This document shows, in pieces, positions 25,813 through 38,713 of a stretch of 64,000 bases of DNA. Under the pieces are notes generated by a model. That model was not told where the DNA came from. It was given only the letters and a program-made list of their open reading frames with translations, and made no database searches. This DNA is from Squalus acanthias (taxonomy: Eukaryota), in NCBI GenBank assembly GCA_030390025.1, contig CM059431.1, positions 115,198,001-115,262,000 on the forward strand, read 5' to 3'. The position numbers and the translations under genes were made by a program. How positions within the stretch are numbered: position 1 is the stretch's first letter; each line of letters opens with the position of its first letter.

Positions 25813-26262
25813 CAACAACAACAACAACAACAACTTGCATTTATATAGTGCCTTTAATGTAATAAAACGGCCCCAAGGTGCTTCACAGGAGTGTTATCAA
25901 ACAAAATTTGACATTGAGCCACATACAGAGATATGAGGACAGATGACCCAAAGAGGTAGGTTTTAAGGAGCGTCTTCAAGGAGGAAAGAGAGGTAGAGAG
26001 GCGACGTGGTTTAGGGAAGGAATTCCAGAGTTTAGGACTTGGGCAGGTGAAGGCACGGCCACCAATGGTGGAGCGATTAAAATCGGGGATGTGCACGAGG
26101 CCAGAATTGGAGGAGCGCAGCAATCTCGGAGCATTGTAGGGCTTGAGGAGATTACAGCGATAGGGAGGGTTGAGGCCATGGAGGGATTTGAAAACCAGGA
26201 TGAAAATTTTAAAAAGCGTTGCCGGACTGGGGGCCAATGTAGATCAGCGAGCACAGGGGTGA
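25813..26262 (-). mobile_element. L2 LINE 3' end with (GTT)n tail
   Basis: LADLHW..FKIFILVFKSLHGL..GGRAF..PKLWNSFP..KTLLKTYLF; tail GCACTATATAAATGCAAGTTGTTGTTG. Confidence 0.9.
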
Positions 26263-26399
26263 TGGGTCATAATGTTGTGAATCATGATGCTTACGGAATC
26301 ACCACTGGTGTGAGCCAGGCTCAATCGATCAATTGGTCTTTCTCTGTCCATCCTTTTCGTATGTGTGTATGTTGTTAATCAAAAAATAAACTTCCTCAT

Positions 26400-28230
26400 T
26401 CCATTCAGAGATTGTCTTTTATTTGTTTTATTTATTACTAGCATGGGCTTATCCATAATTTACTGGGGCTCAACGTTGCTTCAGTCAGACAGGTGATGGT
26501 TCCACCCCACCACACTTCTGGCGACGATCCTGCCAAAGAGGGAAATATGGTTTCAAGTTTCTCTTGCTTTTCCTGATAACTTAAAACTCCTGAAACTAGC
26601 AATCCCCTCCTCTCTACTATTTCCATGGCTTGCATGTTTCCTTAATGCCCTGGTGCCTAGAACTGAATGCAATACTCAAGGTGCAGCCTGGCCAGAGCAC
26701 TATACTGTTTCAGCAGGATAATCTCAGACTTGTACACTACTAACCTGGTATATATCTCTGCATTTGGCCAGCTTTGTTGATTGCTACTCCACATTGATAT
26801 TGAGGCTTTCACTTCTCCCAGTTCTCTTTCAGTCTTTCCCCAGTTAGTTCGACATATTCATTGAATATATTTGCTTCTCGTTGTTTATTCTACTGTGTAA
26901 TATTGTGCACTTATCTACACTGACTTTCATGTGCCACAGTTTTGCCTACTTACAAATTTTGTCCAGGTCTTTCTGTAGTTCCTTGGTTGTCTCATCATGC
27001 ACCACTGACCTCTTAGTTTAGTATCATCTGCAAATGTGACCAAATTGCATTGTCTTTCTGAATCCAGGTCATTTATGTATGTTAGAAACACTGTGTGTGG
27101 GTGTGTGGAGGGGGGTGCGGGGAAACTAATTCCTGTGTACACTCTACTTAGCAGATCTTGCCAGCCTGATGGTACTGCTCGAACTAAGGGCCCGTATTTT
27201 CCGATCGCAGGCCTCCTGCGTGCGGAAGCCTGCAATCTGGAAAAATCTACGCCCTTACCTCAGGGCTCGCAGGACGCACACACTTCCGATCCTGGGCCTC
27301 CCCAAACTCCAAGTGTGCAGGGCCCATGTATCCCAGAGGCGCATGTAGTTCGCAGCATCCCTAGGATCACGTGGGCCATGGGGAGCCAATCAAAGAAGGG
27401 AATCTCCCTTCATACACTTGACAGGAAGACCTGTCAAATATATGAATGGAGATCACCCCCGAAACATAGTAAAACTTTAAATAATTTTTTTTTTAAATCA
27501 CATTTTTAAAATGACTTGAAATTACAATAAATTAAATATTTTAAACAAAAATTTAATTTTTTGAAAAACTAATTAAAGTTTTTTACGGGGCTAAAAATAA
27601 ACTTACCTTTTTTAAAAGTATTTTTAAATGATAAATCAGTGAAAACCTTTTTTTTTACTTTTTTTCAACTCTTATCTTACCAGGTGTAAGAATTGTAAGG
27701 GTTTTCTGTGGGCGGAAGGTCTCCAAAAAGCGGAACTATCCGCCTGCAGAAGAGGATTCTTGATAGATCGGAAATGCCGGTTTTCAGCGCATGTGCTGTG
27801 CATGTCTGAAACCGGCATTTCCGATGTCCCTACGGGTGGGTGCACAGCCCGTACACACCCGTAGGAATCGGAATATCTGGGCCAATATCTCCGGCTTCCT
27901 CTACTGACAATACCCAGTTCTTTAAGCTTGTATGGTAGACTTTCATGTGGAACCTTATGATAAGCTTTCTGGAAGTCTTGGCGTACTACGTCATAGAGAG
28001 ATTTCTACTGTCAGCTTGTATTTCATTTCCTCAATAAAAGCAAGCGGTTGGTCATGGAAGATGGCCTGCTTCAGAAAGAAAGTGTGGACTGCACTTACTA
28101 GGTTACTTTCATAGAGGAATCCTCCAATTTGTTCTTGATGATCAAGTCCATTATTTGGCCATATACAATGCTCCCAGATAGGTGACGATCACCATGATAT
28201 AAATTCCACTTTCTCTGCTTCTATCAGAAT
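26400..28230 (-). mobile_element. Degraded CR1 LINE interrupted by a MITE
   Basis: FLTYINDLDSE..LVTFADDTKL at ~27010-27090 on minus; further relics on both sides. Confidence 0.6.
27189..27883. mobile_element. Harbinger-type MITE (family M1)
   Basis: TIRs GGCCCGTATTTTCCGAT / ATCGGAATATCTGGGCC; flanks AAG/AAT. Confidence 0.85.
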
Positions 28231-28725
28231 ATGAGTACTATAAAAAATAAATAAGAAGCTCTCGCAGCCTCCTACTCAGTTATTCTACAATAATAAATAA
28301 AGCAATACAGAACCTCTTTTCATTTCCGAATCTCAGTTACTTAAATACAATTTCTGCTAAACTAACTCTTTTTCTCTCGTTCTTAAATCATGATTTGTTT
28401 TTTGTAATTATGTCCAATCAGATTTCTTCCCTGCCTCCCCACCTCGCCAGTGTCTTCCCAAAGGTTGAGAGGGGAAGGGTAGGATACATCACTCAACCAA
28501 AAAAAACACAGTTCAGACCCATGTGACCGTAATCCAGCTACTATGCGGCCCCAATTTAAACTTCATCTTTCAGGCTGACTGAGGAAAGAAAAATTGAACA
28601 AATATGCCAAATAATCAGCTTCTGAAATGGTTACATTTGGATCACTTTAGACTTTTAATTTTGAGTTAATTGCTACCGAACATTATTACAAACATGCATG
28701 TTATGAAGGATTTCACTAAAGCTCA

Positions 28726-29465
28726 AAAATGCTGGAAATACTCAGGAGGTCAGGCAGCATCTGTAGAAAGAGAAACAGAGTTAACGCTTCAGGTCGATGA
28801 CCCTTCGTCAGAACTGGAAAAAGTTAGAGATGTAACAGATTTTTAAGCAAGTGTAGGGGCAGGGAAAGGGAGGAGGGGAGGAAAGAATAAAGGGGAAGGT
28901 CTGTGATAGGATGGAAGGCAGGAGAGATTAAAAGACAAAAGGGATGATGGTGCAAGGCACAAGGAGATGGTAATGGGACAAGTTAAGAAACAAAAGATGA
29001 ATCTAGATGAGGTGTAAATGGCAATGGCAGAATCATCAACAGCTGCCATGTGAGAGAGAAAAAAAGAATTAGGCACTTAACAGCCTTCTAGACTCAACAT
29101 CGAGTTCAACAATTTCAGACTATAACCTCGACCCCTATTTTTAAAAATTTAATTAATTAATTTTTTTTCTCTTTTTTTTCTCTCACATGGCAGCTGTTGA
29201 TGATTCTGCCATTGCCATTTATACCTCATCTCAAGTCATCTTTTGTTTCATAATTTTGTTCTTTCCTCCCCTCCTCCCTTTTCCTGTCCCTACACTTGCT
29301 TAAAAATCTGTTACATCTCTAACTTTTTCCAGTTCTGATGAAAGGTCATTGAGCTGAAACGTTAACTCTGTTTCTCTCTCCACAGAGGCTGCCTGACCTG
29401 CTGAGTATTTCCAGCATTTTCTGTTTGTATTTCAGATTTCCAGCATCCGCAGTGTTTTGCGTTGG
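28726..29465 (+). mobile_element. Penelope-like element: inverted partial pLTR + ORF C-terminal stub + pLTR (family A)
   Basis: ~15-bp TSD TTTCACTAAAGCTCA / TTTCATTGAAGCTCA. 28726-29068 is inverted relative to 29170-29465. 29069-29120 translates LGT*QPSRLNIEFNNFR, resembling the end of a PLE GIY-YIG ORF. Confidence 0.85.
29331..29367 (+). ncRNA. Minimal hammerhead ribozyme motif (one stem II mismatch)
   Basis: AGTT-CTGATGA-A-AGGTC-ATT-GAGCT-GAAA-CGTT-AACT. The inverted copy at 28779-28815 has GAAG in place of GAAA. Confidence 0.65.
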
Positions 29466-29589
29466 TTTCATTGAAGCTCATTTTGATTGAATTCAGAACC
29501 GAACATTGTGCTATTTGGCTTGTCTGATTTTTTTCTCCAGCACATTGTACTTGGAAGGTTTGTGAATTTCTACACCTACGTACAACAAT

Positions 29590-29882
29590 TACGGGTTAGG
29601 TTGATTTGGCTATGATAAATTGTCCCTTAGTGTTAGGGGGGGGGATTAAATATGTGGGGTTATGGGGATAGGATGAGATATGTTAGGGGGAATTAAATAC
29701 GTGGGGTTACGGGGATAGGGTGGGATAGGTGCAGGCTCGATGTGGGGATTCTGTGTGAGAAAGCAGGGACAGGGTACTGGATTTGGATTATCAGCCATGA
29801 TCGTATTGAATGGTGGAGCAGGCTCGACGGGCCGAATGGCCTACTCCTGCTCCTAGTTTCTATGTTTCTATGTTTCTATGTT
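29590..29882 (+). mobile_element. HE1/V-SINE-like fragment joined to a CR1-type 3' tail
   Basis: GGTTAGGTTGATTTGGCTATGATAAATTGTCCCTTAGTGT (V-domain-like), followed by the tail AATGGCCTACTCCTGCTCCTAG(TTTCTATG)n. Confidence 0.55.
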
Positions 29883-30919
29883 AATTACACTGGGATCTTA
29901 ACAGTTAAACATACATACATCAGCCAAGCATGCCTTGCTTGTTGAAAACCCCGACAAACACTTAATTCTCTCATAATCAGGGCACAAGCAAGTTTCAAGA
30001 ATTTACAGTAGCTCTTAAACACCCTGCAGGCTTGAAATATCCTGCTCTTATTTTAGATTGGGTTGAGTTCCATCAAGCAACATGAAAATACAGCTAAGGT
30101 TTAACAATAATAACACTTCTAAAGCATAGGCAAGAAAACAGGAAGATCAGGTTTCCTGTAGCCATCATCCTTTGGGCAGCAGACAATTCATTACAGTTTT
30201 TGTTTTCAACTAAATCTTGTGCCAATACAGTATGTGTTGTTTTGGTTTGATTTCTTTTCTTGGAAGGAGGTGGGCGTGGTTGTTTCTGAAAGGCTGAATC
30301 GCTCCAACCCAGAAAGGGCTATCACTAAAATACGATTTTTAAGGGAAGTTAATTTCCTTGTCTTGTACTAACATGTTTGAGTGACGATAAGCTGAGAGAA
30401 ATGGAAACAGCTTTCCATGATATCGAGAAAAAGGAAGGAAAGAGGTGAAAGTCGCAGGATGGAGTCCAGTTTGATATCTAGTTCTGGTCACCGGGACACA
30501 AGGCAGACACTCAGCCCCGGAGGCGGCCACACAGAAGAAGCTTGCGATTAATTCCTATCATCAAAGACTGAGTTATGAGGAAAGACTAGAGGAACCTGGG
30601 CTTTTCAGTTTTGCACGGAAGTGACTGATAGGAGATCTCACAGCAAACGATATAGAAAAAGCAAACCAGGAGTATTACTTCTAATTAAATGGGGACAAAG
30701 AAGCACAAGTTGAAACTGGTGAAAGGCATATTCAGGGCTGATGTCTGGGAGGTCTTCTTCACACAGTGGTCAACACGTGGGATGGATTTATGAATTGGTT
30801 AATGCTGGCAAAAACCTTGGCAACACTAAAGGAGTTGATGCTCTGATGAGGGTATTGCAGGTTCTTTGTGTGGATGAGCTAAGATAGGCTTTTCAAGTAT
30901 GCATGTGTCGGAGGGGCGC

Positions 30920-31280
30920 ATGGCCATCCTACCAAAACACCACTGTTGGGAGCAAAGAAGGGGGAAATGCCAGTGAGAACAACTGAGATGGGAGACAGTG
31001 AAGGTTTAACTGGGGACAAAGGCATCAAAGGTGGAGGAGAGGGAGTGGTTGATCAAATTGGTGGTTCCAGAATGCAGGATGAAAGGCAAGCAATTGGGAG
31101 TTAGAAATTGAAGTTGTGAGTGACTTGGGAGGGAGTTTATCTTCCTGGGGTGGACACAGGTTGGGAGGGGGTAGAGAGATGTGGGTAGTGAAGGATAAGA
31201 AAGTGGACGGAGATGGCGAAGACCGAGCAATGGTCTGATTGGTGAGGCAGTGATGCCATTGTTCCACTGATCTCATCTGC
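30920..31280 (-). mobile_element. Degraded L2 ORF2 fragment
   Basis: NLINHSLSSTFDAFVP is related to the 7785-7830 L2 relic. Confidence 0.55.
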
Positions 31281-32174
31281 CATTATAAGTTTATTACTTC
31301 TAACTTACTCTTTCAATAAAAATCTGAGGAGCTAGAAATACCAAGAGCATGAATCTATAAATTTTTGTTTTTCCAGGAATTACCACTTATGAAAATGCAT
31401 GAGTGAGGTGACACCAGCCCATTCGAAGCCCACTTTTAAAAAAAATGATGGGGCTGAAAACCCACGGGGTTGAATGACAGCATAAGTGCGGGTACTGATC
31501 CCGCCAAAATTGTGTCATTAATTTAAATATGACGGCCAGACGTCCATGACACTTGGGGCACAAAAGAGCGGCCACTCGCTCAAGGAGATCACATACTGCA
31601 GTGTATTGTGTCAGTTCCAAGGGAGTGTCGGTCTCCCCCACCTCACCTGGAAAGAAAGTAAAACATTTTGCCCCCTTTTTTAAAAATTGCCGTCTCATTG
31701 AGGGCCCAGGCCTGGAAACCTCAGGTAGACCCCACTCCCGCCATTCAGTGAACCGATTTGCCGGATCTCATTTGGCATAACGGCCTGAAAATGCCCCGCC
31801 ATGCTAGGGACACGGAATCTCTCAGCCTGAGAGACCCTGGCCTCCTAGCCTCTCCCCCTTCTGCATTAAAAGGCTTTTTTTGGGAGTGGGCTGAGGCTTG
31901 TTCTCTGACAAGACCACATAGAAATCCCAGCCTAATCTGTGGCTCTTCCAGGGTTAAGGTAGGAGTGCACCAGAATTTGGAGGAAGAGCTCGACCTACTA
32001 CAAGAATTGTAGAAACTTTGAGTTTGGTAAGGGCAAGCAGAAGTTAGCTCCGGAAGCCAAAAATAAAATCTGGCCTCAATAACTAAGCCCCAATATCTTC
32101 TCATCCCTCCTCAATCTATTCTTGAAAGGAGAAAAAGAAAGGAATGCCATGTAAAAGTAAGGAAAGGACAAAGG

Positions 32175-32832
32175 AGGACAAATTCACTATCACCCCATTT
32201 GGGGTGCTAATTTTTTTAAGTTTGAAAAGTTAGTGCCAGGCGCTAATGATTTCAAACTTTTGAAATATTCGCCGTTTAAGCTCGAAGAAGGAAGTGAAGC
32301 GCTAAATCAAGCACTCCACTTCCTTCTTGGAGCGCAATCGGCAGCAGGTGGGGCGGAGACTTCAGCAGCGCTGCACACTGGGTCGTTTAAAGGCTCCTTC
32401 CCTCCCTTAAAGGGATTGGCCATCGCTGCAGGCTCTGCAACAGAAAAATTACCGACCTGGACCACCAAGGCAGCCGCAATCCCGCGCGATCAGCCCAGCA
32501 TTCAAGCAGAGAGCCGGGCTGATCGATCGCGGGCAGGAACCCGCGAAAAAAACAGGAATAAGAAAGGTACGTTTTTTTTTACTTAACTCGGCCACCTCAC
32601 CTTTAATCATCGCCCCCGAAGCGGCCGGCCACCCGTTGTACGCCTCCTGCTGTTTTCGACCGGCGCTGTTGCAGGGGGCGGAAGTTAATTTCGGGTCCGG
32701 GGCGATGCGCACGGCGATGACGTCACGATCTCCGGGCGAAGGAGATCGGGGCACAACGCTGTAGAGCCACCGCAAACCTCCCGCCAAATAGGGGCACTAA
32801 CGGGAGGCACAAAGGCACCCAATTTTGCTCGC
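32175..32832. mobile_element. CpG-rich MITE-like element
   Basis: Shares GGCGCTAA motifs and architecture with 58725-59617; TTAAAGGG at 32407; TIRs degraded. Confidence 0.55.
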
Positions 32833-33513
32833 AAAGTTTCCTACTTTAGCTGGTCTATCTCAGCTATAAGTGGAGAACCATTAAATGCTCCATCAAATAT
32901 AGAAAACGAGAAGATTGTGAAGAACATGAACCCTGTGAATTACTTGAGTTATGTTGGTAAAGTTATTTGAAAATTCAAAATGTCTATTTTTTTGGCGTAG
33001 GGAAGCTCTGTGCTCATCAAGTGGTAAGAAATGGTAATTTTTCCACTTTTGTCCCCCAGTGTCAGGAGCAATCAGTCCCAGCACACATCGAGAACAAGTT
33101 AGGTGCAGCATTCCACCCCAACAACGTGCTTTTGCCCCATTCTTAGTGTGAATTTTCCATTTTCTATACCTGCCATCTTGGTGGCCTTTCTGAGTAAGAT
33201 TGTCATTTCAATGTCAATTAGTGGCAAACTATTAGTAGTTTGTACTGTGAACCCGTACAGCATTAAGACTGTCCCAGACTCATTTCAATTGGGGCCATTA
33301 CATCTATCAGAGAGAGGAAACTTTCATTCCTTTAGTTTGGGATGTATTCAAAGCTCGCCCCTGAGCTAAAAGGGCACTGTTTTAATCCGCTGTACTATTA
33401 AATTCCTCTTTTTCATTCATGTATAACATATGATTTCTTCAATTGTTGGAAGCTACAGTTCTGCTGTGGGGCATATTTTAACTTTAGGCGTAGTGGATAG
33501 CCTCCCGCCAATT

Positions 33514-33958
33514 AAAAAAGACTTACATTTATATAGCACCCTTCACGACCACCGGATGTCCTAAAGCGCTTTACAGCTAATGAAGTACTTTTGAAGTGTT
33601 GTCACTGTTGTAATGTAGGAAACACAGCAGCCAATTTGTGCACAGCAAGCTCCCACAAACAGCAATGTGACAATGACCAGATAAACTGTTTTTGTTATGT
33701 TGATTGAGGGAAAAACACTACAGATTACGCTTCTTCGAAATAGTGCCATGGAATCTTTTACATCCACCTGAGAGAGCAGACGGGGCCTCGGTTTAACGTC
33801 TCATCCGAAAGACGGCAGCTCCGACAGTGCAGCACTCCCTCAGCACTGTACTGGAGTGTCAGCCTAGATTTATGTGCTCAAATCCCTGGAGTGGGACTTG
33901 AACCCACAACCTTCTGACTCAGAGGTGAGTGTGCTACCAACTGAGCCACAGCTGACAC
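33514..33958 (-). mobile_element. Near full-length tRNA-derived DeuSINE (SacSINE1-like)
   Basis: Head has A box TGGCTCAGTTGG and B box GGTTCAAGTCC; conserved central domain; L2-like tail. Confidence 0.88.
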
Positions 33959-36920
33959 TGGTAGCAAAGAGGCAGCAGCCATTTTGAGGCCTGGACTTCA
34001 TTTATATAGAACCGGTGATCTGTAAGCGCCAAACGGGCGCCCCGATGCAGCTCGCCGGATTTGGGATGGTGCATTATAGGAGAGACTAGAAGCAGCATGT
34101 CCAGCAACAAGCTAAGTCCTGAGGTGGGAGGGGGAGGGGAGTTGAGATCATGAAGTGGGGTGGAGCCCGAGGTGGCAGTGGCCACACATGGGTCAGCCCC
34201 TGCAGGAGAGGAAGAGAAAAAAATTGGAAGGCAGGTCATTTAACAAGGAGATTCTCTGCCATCAGCAACATGGCACAGTATAGTCCTTAAAGAGCTCGGC
34301 TTCTCTCCTGAGCGAATTGGCGATGGGTATGTGTCAGGCTCGGTACGTAGTGGCTTGGCCATAACAGTGGAGTAACCATATTCTGGGGCTTATCAGGTCA
34401 TGGGACCACTGCCAGTACTGTCAGGAGTCAGGACAAACACCAGTGAAAGGAGATTGTTTTTTGTCTGGGAGGAAGCTTCATACAACTGCTACTGTAGAAA
34501 CATTTGTCAGCTTTGTTTTTTAAAGTTTAAATTTACTTATTTGCAAAGATCATAATAAATTTGTCAAAAATAATAAATCATTAGTAGGCAGCTAGGTCTG
34601 TTTGAGAGGAGCTGAAAGTGGTTCACTGATACTTCTGGTGGCCGAACGATGACTCCCAGACTTCAACTGTCAGCTCATACGTTTTACAGCAAACACTCAG
34701 TTAAGAAACCTTTCACAAATCTCCGAGCTTCGTTACAAAGGGCACTATCATTTTTAGCTTAGCTTCAGCCATTATCTTAAGTGAAAGTATCCTTCAAATC
34801 ATGAAACAGATCATTGATACAAGTTTCTTTTTCAACTTGTGAGAGTCACATTCTCATTCATGCTTTTTTTTAGGACAACCAGCATTAAGTTGTCCAGCTC
34901 AGTCAGAAATAAATGAAACTCAATGGAGGGAGAGGGATAAAGAAAAACAGATGCTTGTGGGTGTATGATTAATGATAAAACAAGTAGAAACTAATATAAA
35001 CTAGTTATAAGATTAATCTTCAGCAGGAGCCTGGTTGATAACAAGATATTAAGTAACTAAACATCATGTTTCTCTCTTTGCACTTTGATGCATCAAGTCA
35101 AACGTAGGCCCTGCATAAACTATATATTAATGGACTTTTCCTTTATCCAAAATCCCCTGCAGAGTAAGGACAAATTAGTCATTTTTGCCCTTAACCCTTT
35201 TTTTCTACATGTCAGATCTAACTTATATTGCGTGCGTGTTCTCTGACCAAGAACATAAAGGGAGCTTTGTTTTTTTTTTCCCTGAATAAAATGGCATTGA
35301 TTTTCAGAAGCACTGGTCTCTTTAGAAATGCTGGAACATTGGGTCAGTGAGAGTTGGGTGGACCGAAGGTTAGAGAGATTAGGAAAGTGTTTTAAAAGAG
35401 TTGTTAGTCTGCATGTCTTAAATGCTTTATAGTTTATACACCGCACTTTTCCTGAAATGAAGCTTCTGTAGGCAAGCGAGGGAGCCATCGGCAGTTCCCA
35501 TCAATTCTTACTGGCTACAGCATTTCTTTTATAAGTGACTGACTTTGTTACTGTCATAGATTCAGACGCAACCGGAGGGGAAAACATAGATATATAAATG
35601 CAAGTTGCCGCTTGTTTGATTTGCTATAATTTGAAAGTGACAAGAATGTTTTTGTTTGCTAAAAAGTGCATTAGCAAATTATTTGAATTCCCAGACAGAG
35701 ACCCTTCCAAACTTGACTGAATTCAGATTGTTCTAATCTATTTGAAGTGAAATATTTGCAGGCTTTTGATGTAACTAACTAGTTTGCTTCATTATTTTAC
35801 TCAAAATAGGATTAACCCCAGACTCTCTAGTGTCTGAATTATCAATGTTTTGGAAAAATCACAGAATAAAATTACCTTTTCCTTGCAGCTATATATTAAT
35901 ATAAAATTCCAGCAAGGATTGTTACGAGGCAATAGATTTCTCTTTGTGGGTTCCCTAACACTGTTTAAACATTTTTACATTGCCTGCAGACAGGAGACTA
36001 GGTCTTGTAAATTTTCAATGTAGAAGACTAAAGCCATTATACTCTCTTTACTTCAACTTTTGAAGAGAATCCTGTCTGAGCAGGGTGCAATTAGAAAGCC
36101 AAATTACCCCTCTATTTCCTTACTATGTGAACTGCAGTAGTTTAGTTCTGTGTCAGTTTATTTTTTAACAGGGCCTGATGTATTTATAACTGCACTTAGC
36201 TGAGACCTCCTCCGGTGACAGCGCCAGAATACCAGACATTGGCGGAGAGCCCATGTGTGTTGATGGCAATTGTTATCACGTCTTGAGGCCCCTGACTTTG
36301 ATGGCTGTTGATTTCCTGGTAAACCTCAAGCTTTTCAGAGCCAGACACTGAAAGAAGAGAGGAAGTAGGAAACAGAATTTGCAGTGCATTGGGAAAAATT
36401 AGGTTTTATGACTGCTTTTAGCCTTTATGGCCAGTGATTTTAATCAGGAGTCAAAAAAAAAATTAACCATTTAGCATCTGCTCACTACGATAAACTGGAA
36501 AAACAGAAGACACCTTGGTATTTGTGTTCCGAGGATGTAACCGAAAGAAATGTTTCTTGTAAACCTTTTGACAATAGTGTCTTTTAAAGAGCCACATTTA
36601 GAGTATATTTTTATTCATTTGTTGAATTTTCCTCACATTTTAGGTCCCTCGCTGCTGCTCCTTGTCACAAGCCCCTTCCTCAAGCCAATAGCATGTGAAA
36701 ACATTTTTAAGGCTGAAATCAATCATTTCCCATCATCTTTCAATGGGAGGCGCACTTCTGAGAAAGCTGACTCTCCCTATTGGATCTACCTCCGGCCACC
36801 CATCCCCAAAACAGATGGCTTAGCGGTCTATAGACAATGATTGACAAAACTATCCAAGTCAGGTCTGCTGAGTTGAGGCTACTGCTGTATCACAAGGGCT
36901 ACCAGGCTGACCACACCTTA

Positions 36921-37553
36921 GGGCCTAAATCAACTTTGCTGCACACATTTTACAGGTGTAAAACGGGTGCAATAATGACGAATTTAGCAGAGCGATGGCC
37001 CGTGTCTGATTTGGGCGTGTGTGCGGGGCACCACTAAATTCGTCATGGCTTTTTTAGGTGGCCTGGCGTCCGTCTGAAATGAGCGCAGCCCTCATTTGAA
37101 TGTTGAAGTGGGGGTCCTGTGCCTATTTTCAGGAAATTCGTTAAGACTAGTTGGAGCTTGCGCTGCGTAACATCCAACTAGTTTTTCAATCGTTGCAGCG
37201 GCCTAACCAACGGTGCTTAAAGGGACCACTGGAGGCTGGCGAAGAAACTGGCAAGTAAGTTTTTTTTTTAACTTAATTTAATGTGGAACCAGGCGATGCA
37301 GGAATGCTCCTTCTGCCTCCACATTAAAACTGTGGGCCGCTGCTGGTCTGTGTTCGGCTCCCCCTCCCATTTGGTTCCCCCCACTCCTGGACTTACCTCG
37401 GTGCCTAAACCGGCTGAATGGCTCAGACCGGCAAGCTGCCCAATTGGCGAGCACAGCTCACCAGATTTATTCCAATGAGGCCAGAGGACCTGTCGCTAAA
37501 ATCCTACTTAGCAGTTCACTCTGCACACTAAAGTAAAGGTGCAAGTTTCCAGC
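36921..37553. mobile_element. Degraded MITE-like element
   Basis: GC-rich arms; TTAAAGGG (37217) followed by CAAGTAAGT, as in the Harbinger ends. Confidence 0.45.
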
Positions 37554-37704
37554 ATTTACACAACAGCTTCCGCCCTCAGAACCAAATCAAACAATCACAT
37601 GAATGGCAATGTGGTGACTTCTCATGACTACATTGGCCTTGCTCCACTCCCTCAACCTTCCACCGCTGGAAACAGATCAAAGCCAACACATTACCACATT
37701 CCCA

Positions 37705-37812
37705 CATTACAACAGCGACTCCACTTCAAAAAAGTACTTCATTGGCTGTAAAGCGCTTTGAGACGTCCGGTGGTCGTGAAAGGCGCTATATAAATGCAAG
37801 TCTTTCTTTCTT
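37705..37812 (+). mobile_element. DeuSINE 3' fragment
   Basis: AAAGGCGCTATATAAATGCAAGTCTTTCTTTC tail; similar fragments at 48390-48505 (-) and 58410-58512 (+). Confidence 0.8.
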
Positions 37813-38713
37813 TTAACACAAATTTTTGGTCAGGTGACTAGTTATAGAATTTCTTGCAATACAAATCATCAGCTATGTTTTATTTATGTGTGTGTGCTAT
37901 AGAGAATTCAGTTTTGTTTTTGATCATGCTACCATGCTGATCTGAATTAGATTTGATATCAAACGATAATCGGGGATTAGGAGAGGTCCTAAATTGGCAA
38001 TGGCAGGTGGAAGATACATATTTCAGTTTTGACATAGGGTTTCCAACAGTTTTCTGTCATTTTAGCACACAGTCAAATGTTCTTATAAGATTATCTTAAT
38101 CTGCATAGTTTGTAGTGAGGCCTGAAAGGTTAGTGCAAGTCTTCTGAGTTCATGTGTATCATATCTATAACTGAGGCGAGTAACTGTGACAAAACTGAAA
38201 TACTTTTACAGTAGTGATCTCTTCAATTGTTTTGTCCACTTGAGGAGTTGTTGGATAGTTGAGTATAATTGTATTATATGACTCTCACTTATGTGTTTTT
38301 CATCTTTTGTAACATAAATTTGCTTGATATTTTAAGCTTAAAACAAGGTTTGATGTGATACTCCACTATTTTTCAAAGGCCGGAGTGCGATCTAATGGAG
38401 GCATAAAGTAAGTCCAGTGGCTAAAAGCGATCACAGACATGGTTTTCTGTTTGATTATCCTTGGTACATTACTGAAAGTTTGCCGAGATCGCAACTAGGA
38501 TAGATTCTCTCAAAGAAAGGGGGAATTGCCATTCACCCATTAGAGTGATCTAGAATCTAAGAACCAAAATAATCTAGAATAAGCAAGCTTAAAAAGGCCC
38601 ATTAATGTAACAGTAACAGAAATCCTATTGAGATAGATCAATTTTGCTGAATTGTTAAATCAACATTAATAAAGTCTACCTGAATATGAAACAAGTTTGA
38701 TTTTAGGAACTAA

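Noticed and set aside
30365..30450. Protein-like stretch (DDKLREMETAFHDIEKKEGKR) after a TACTAAC
   Set aside because: Acceptor and donor are weak, a stop follows immediately, and no homolog was recognised.
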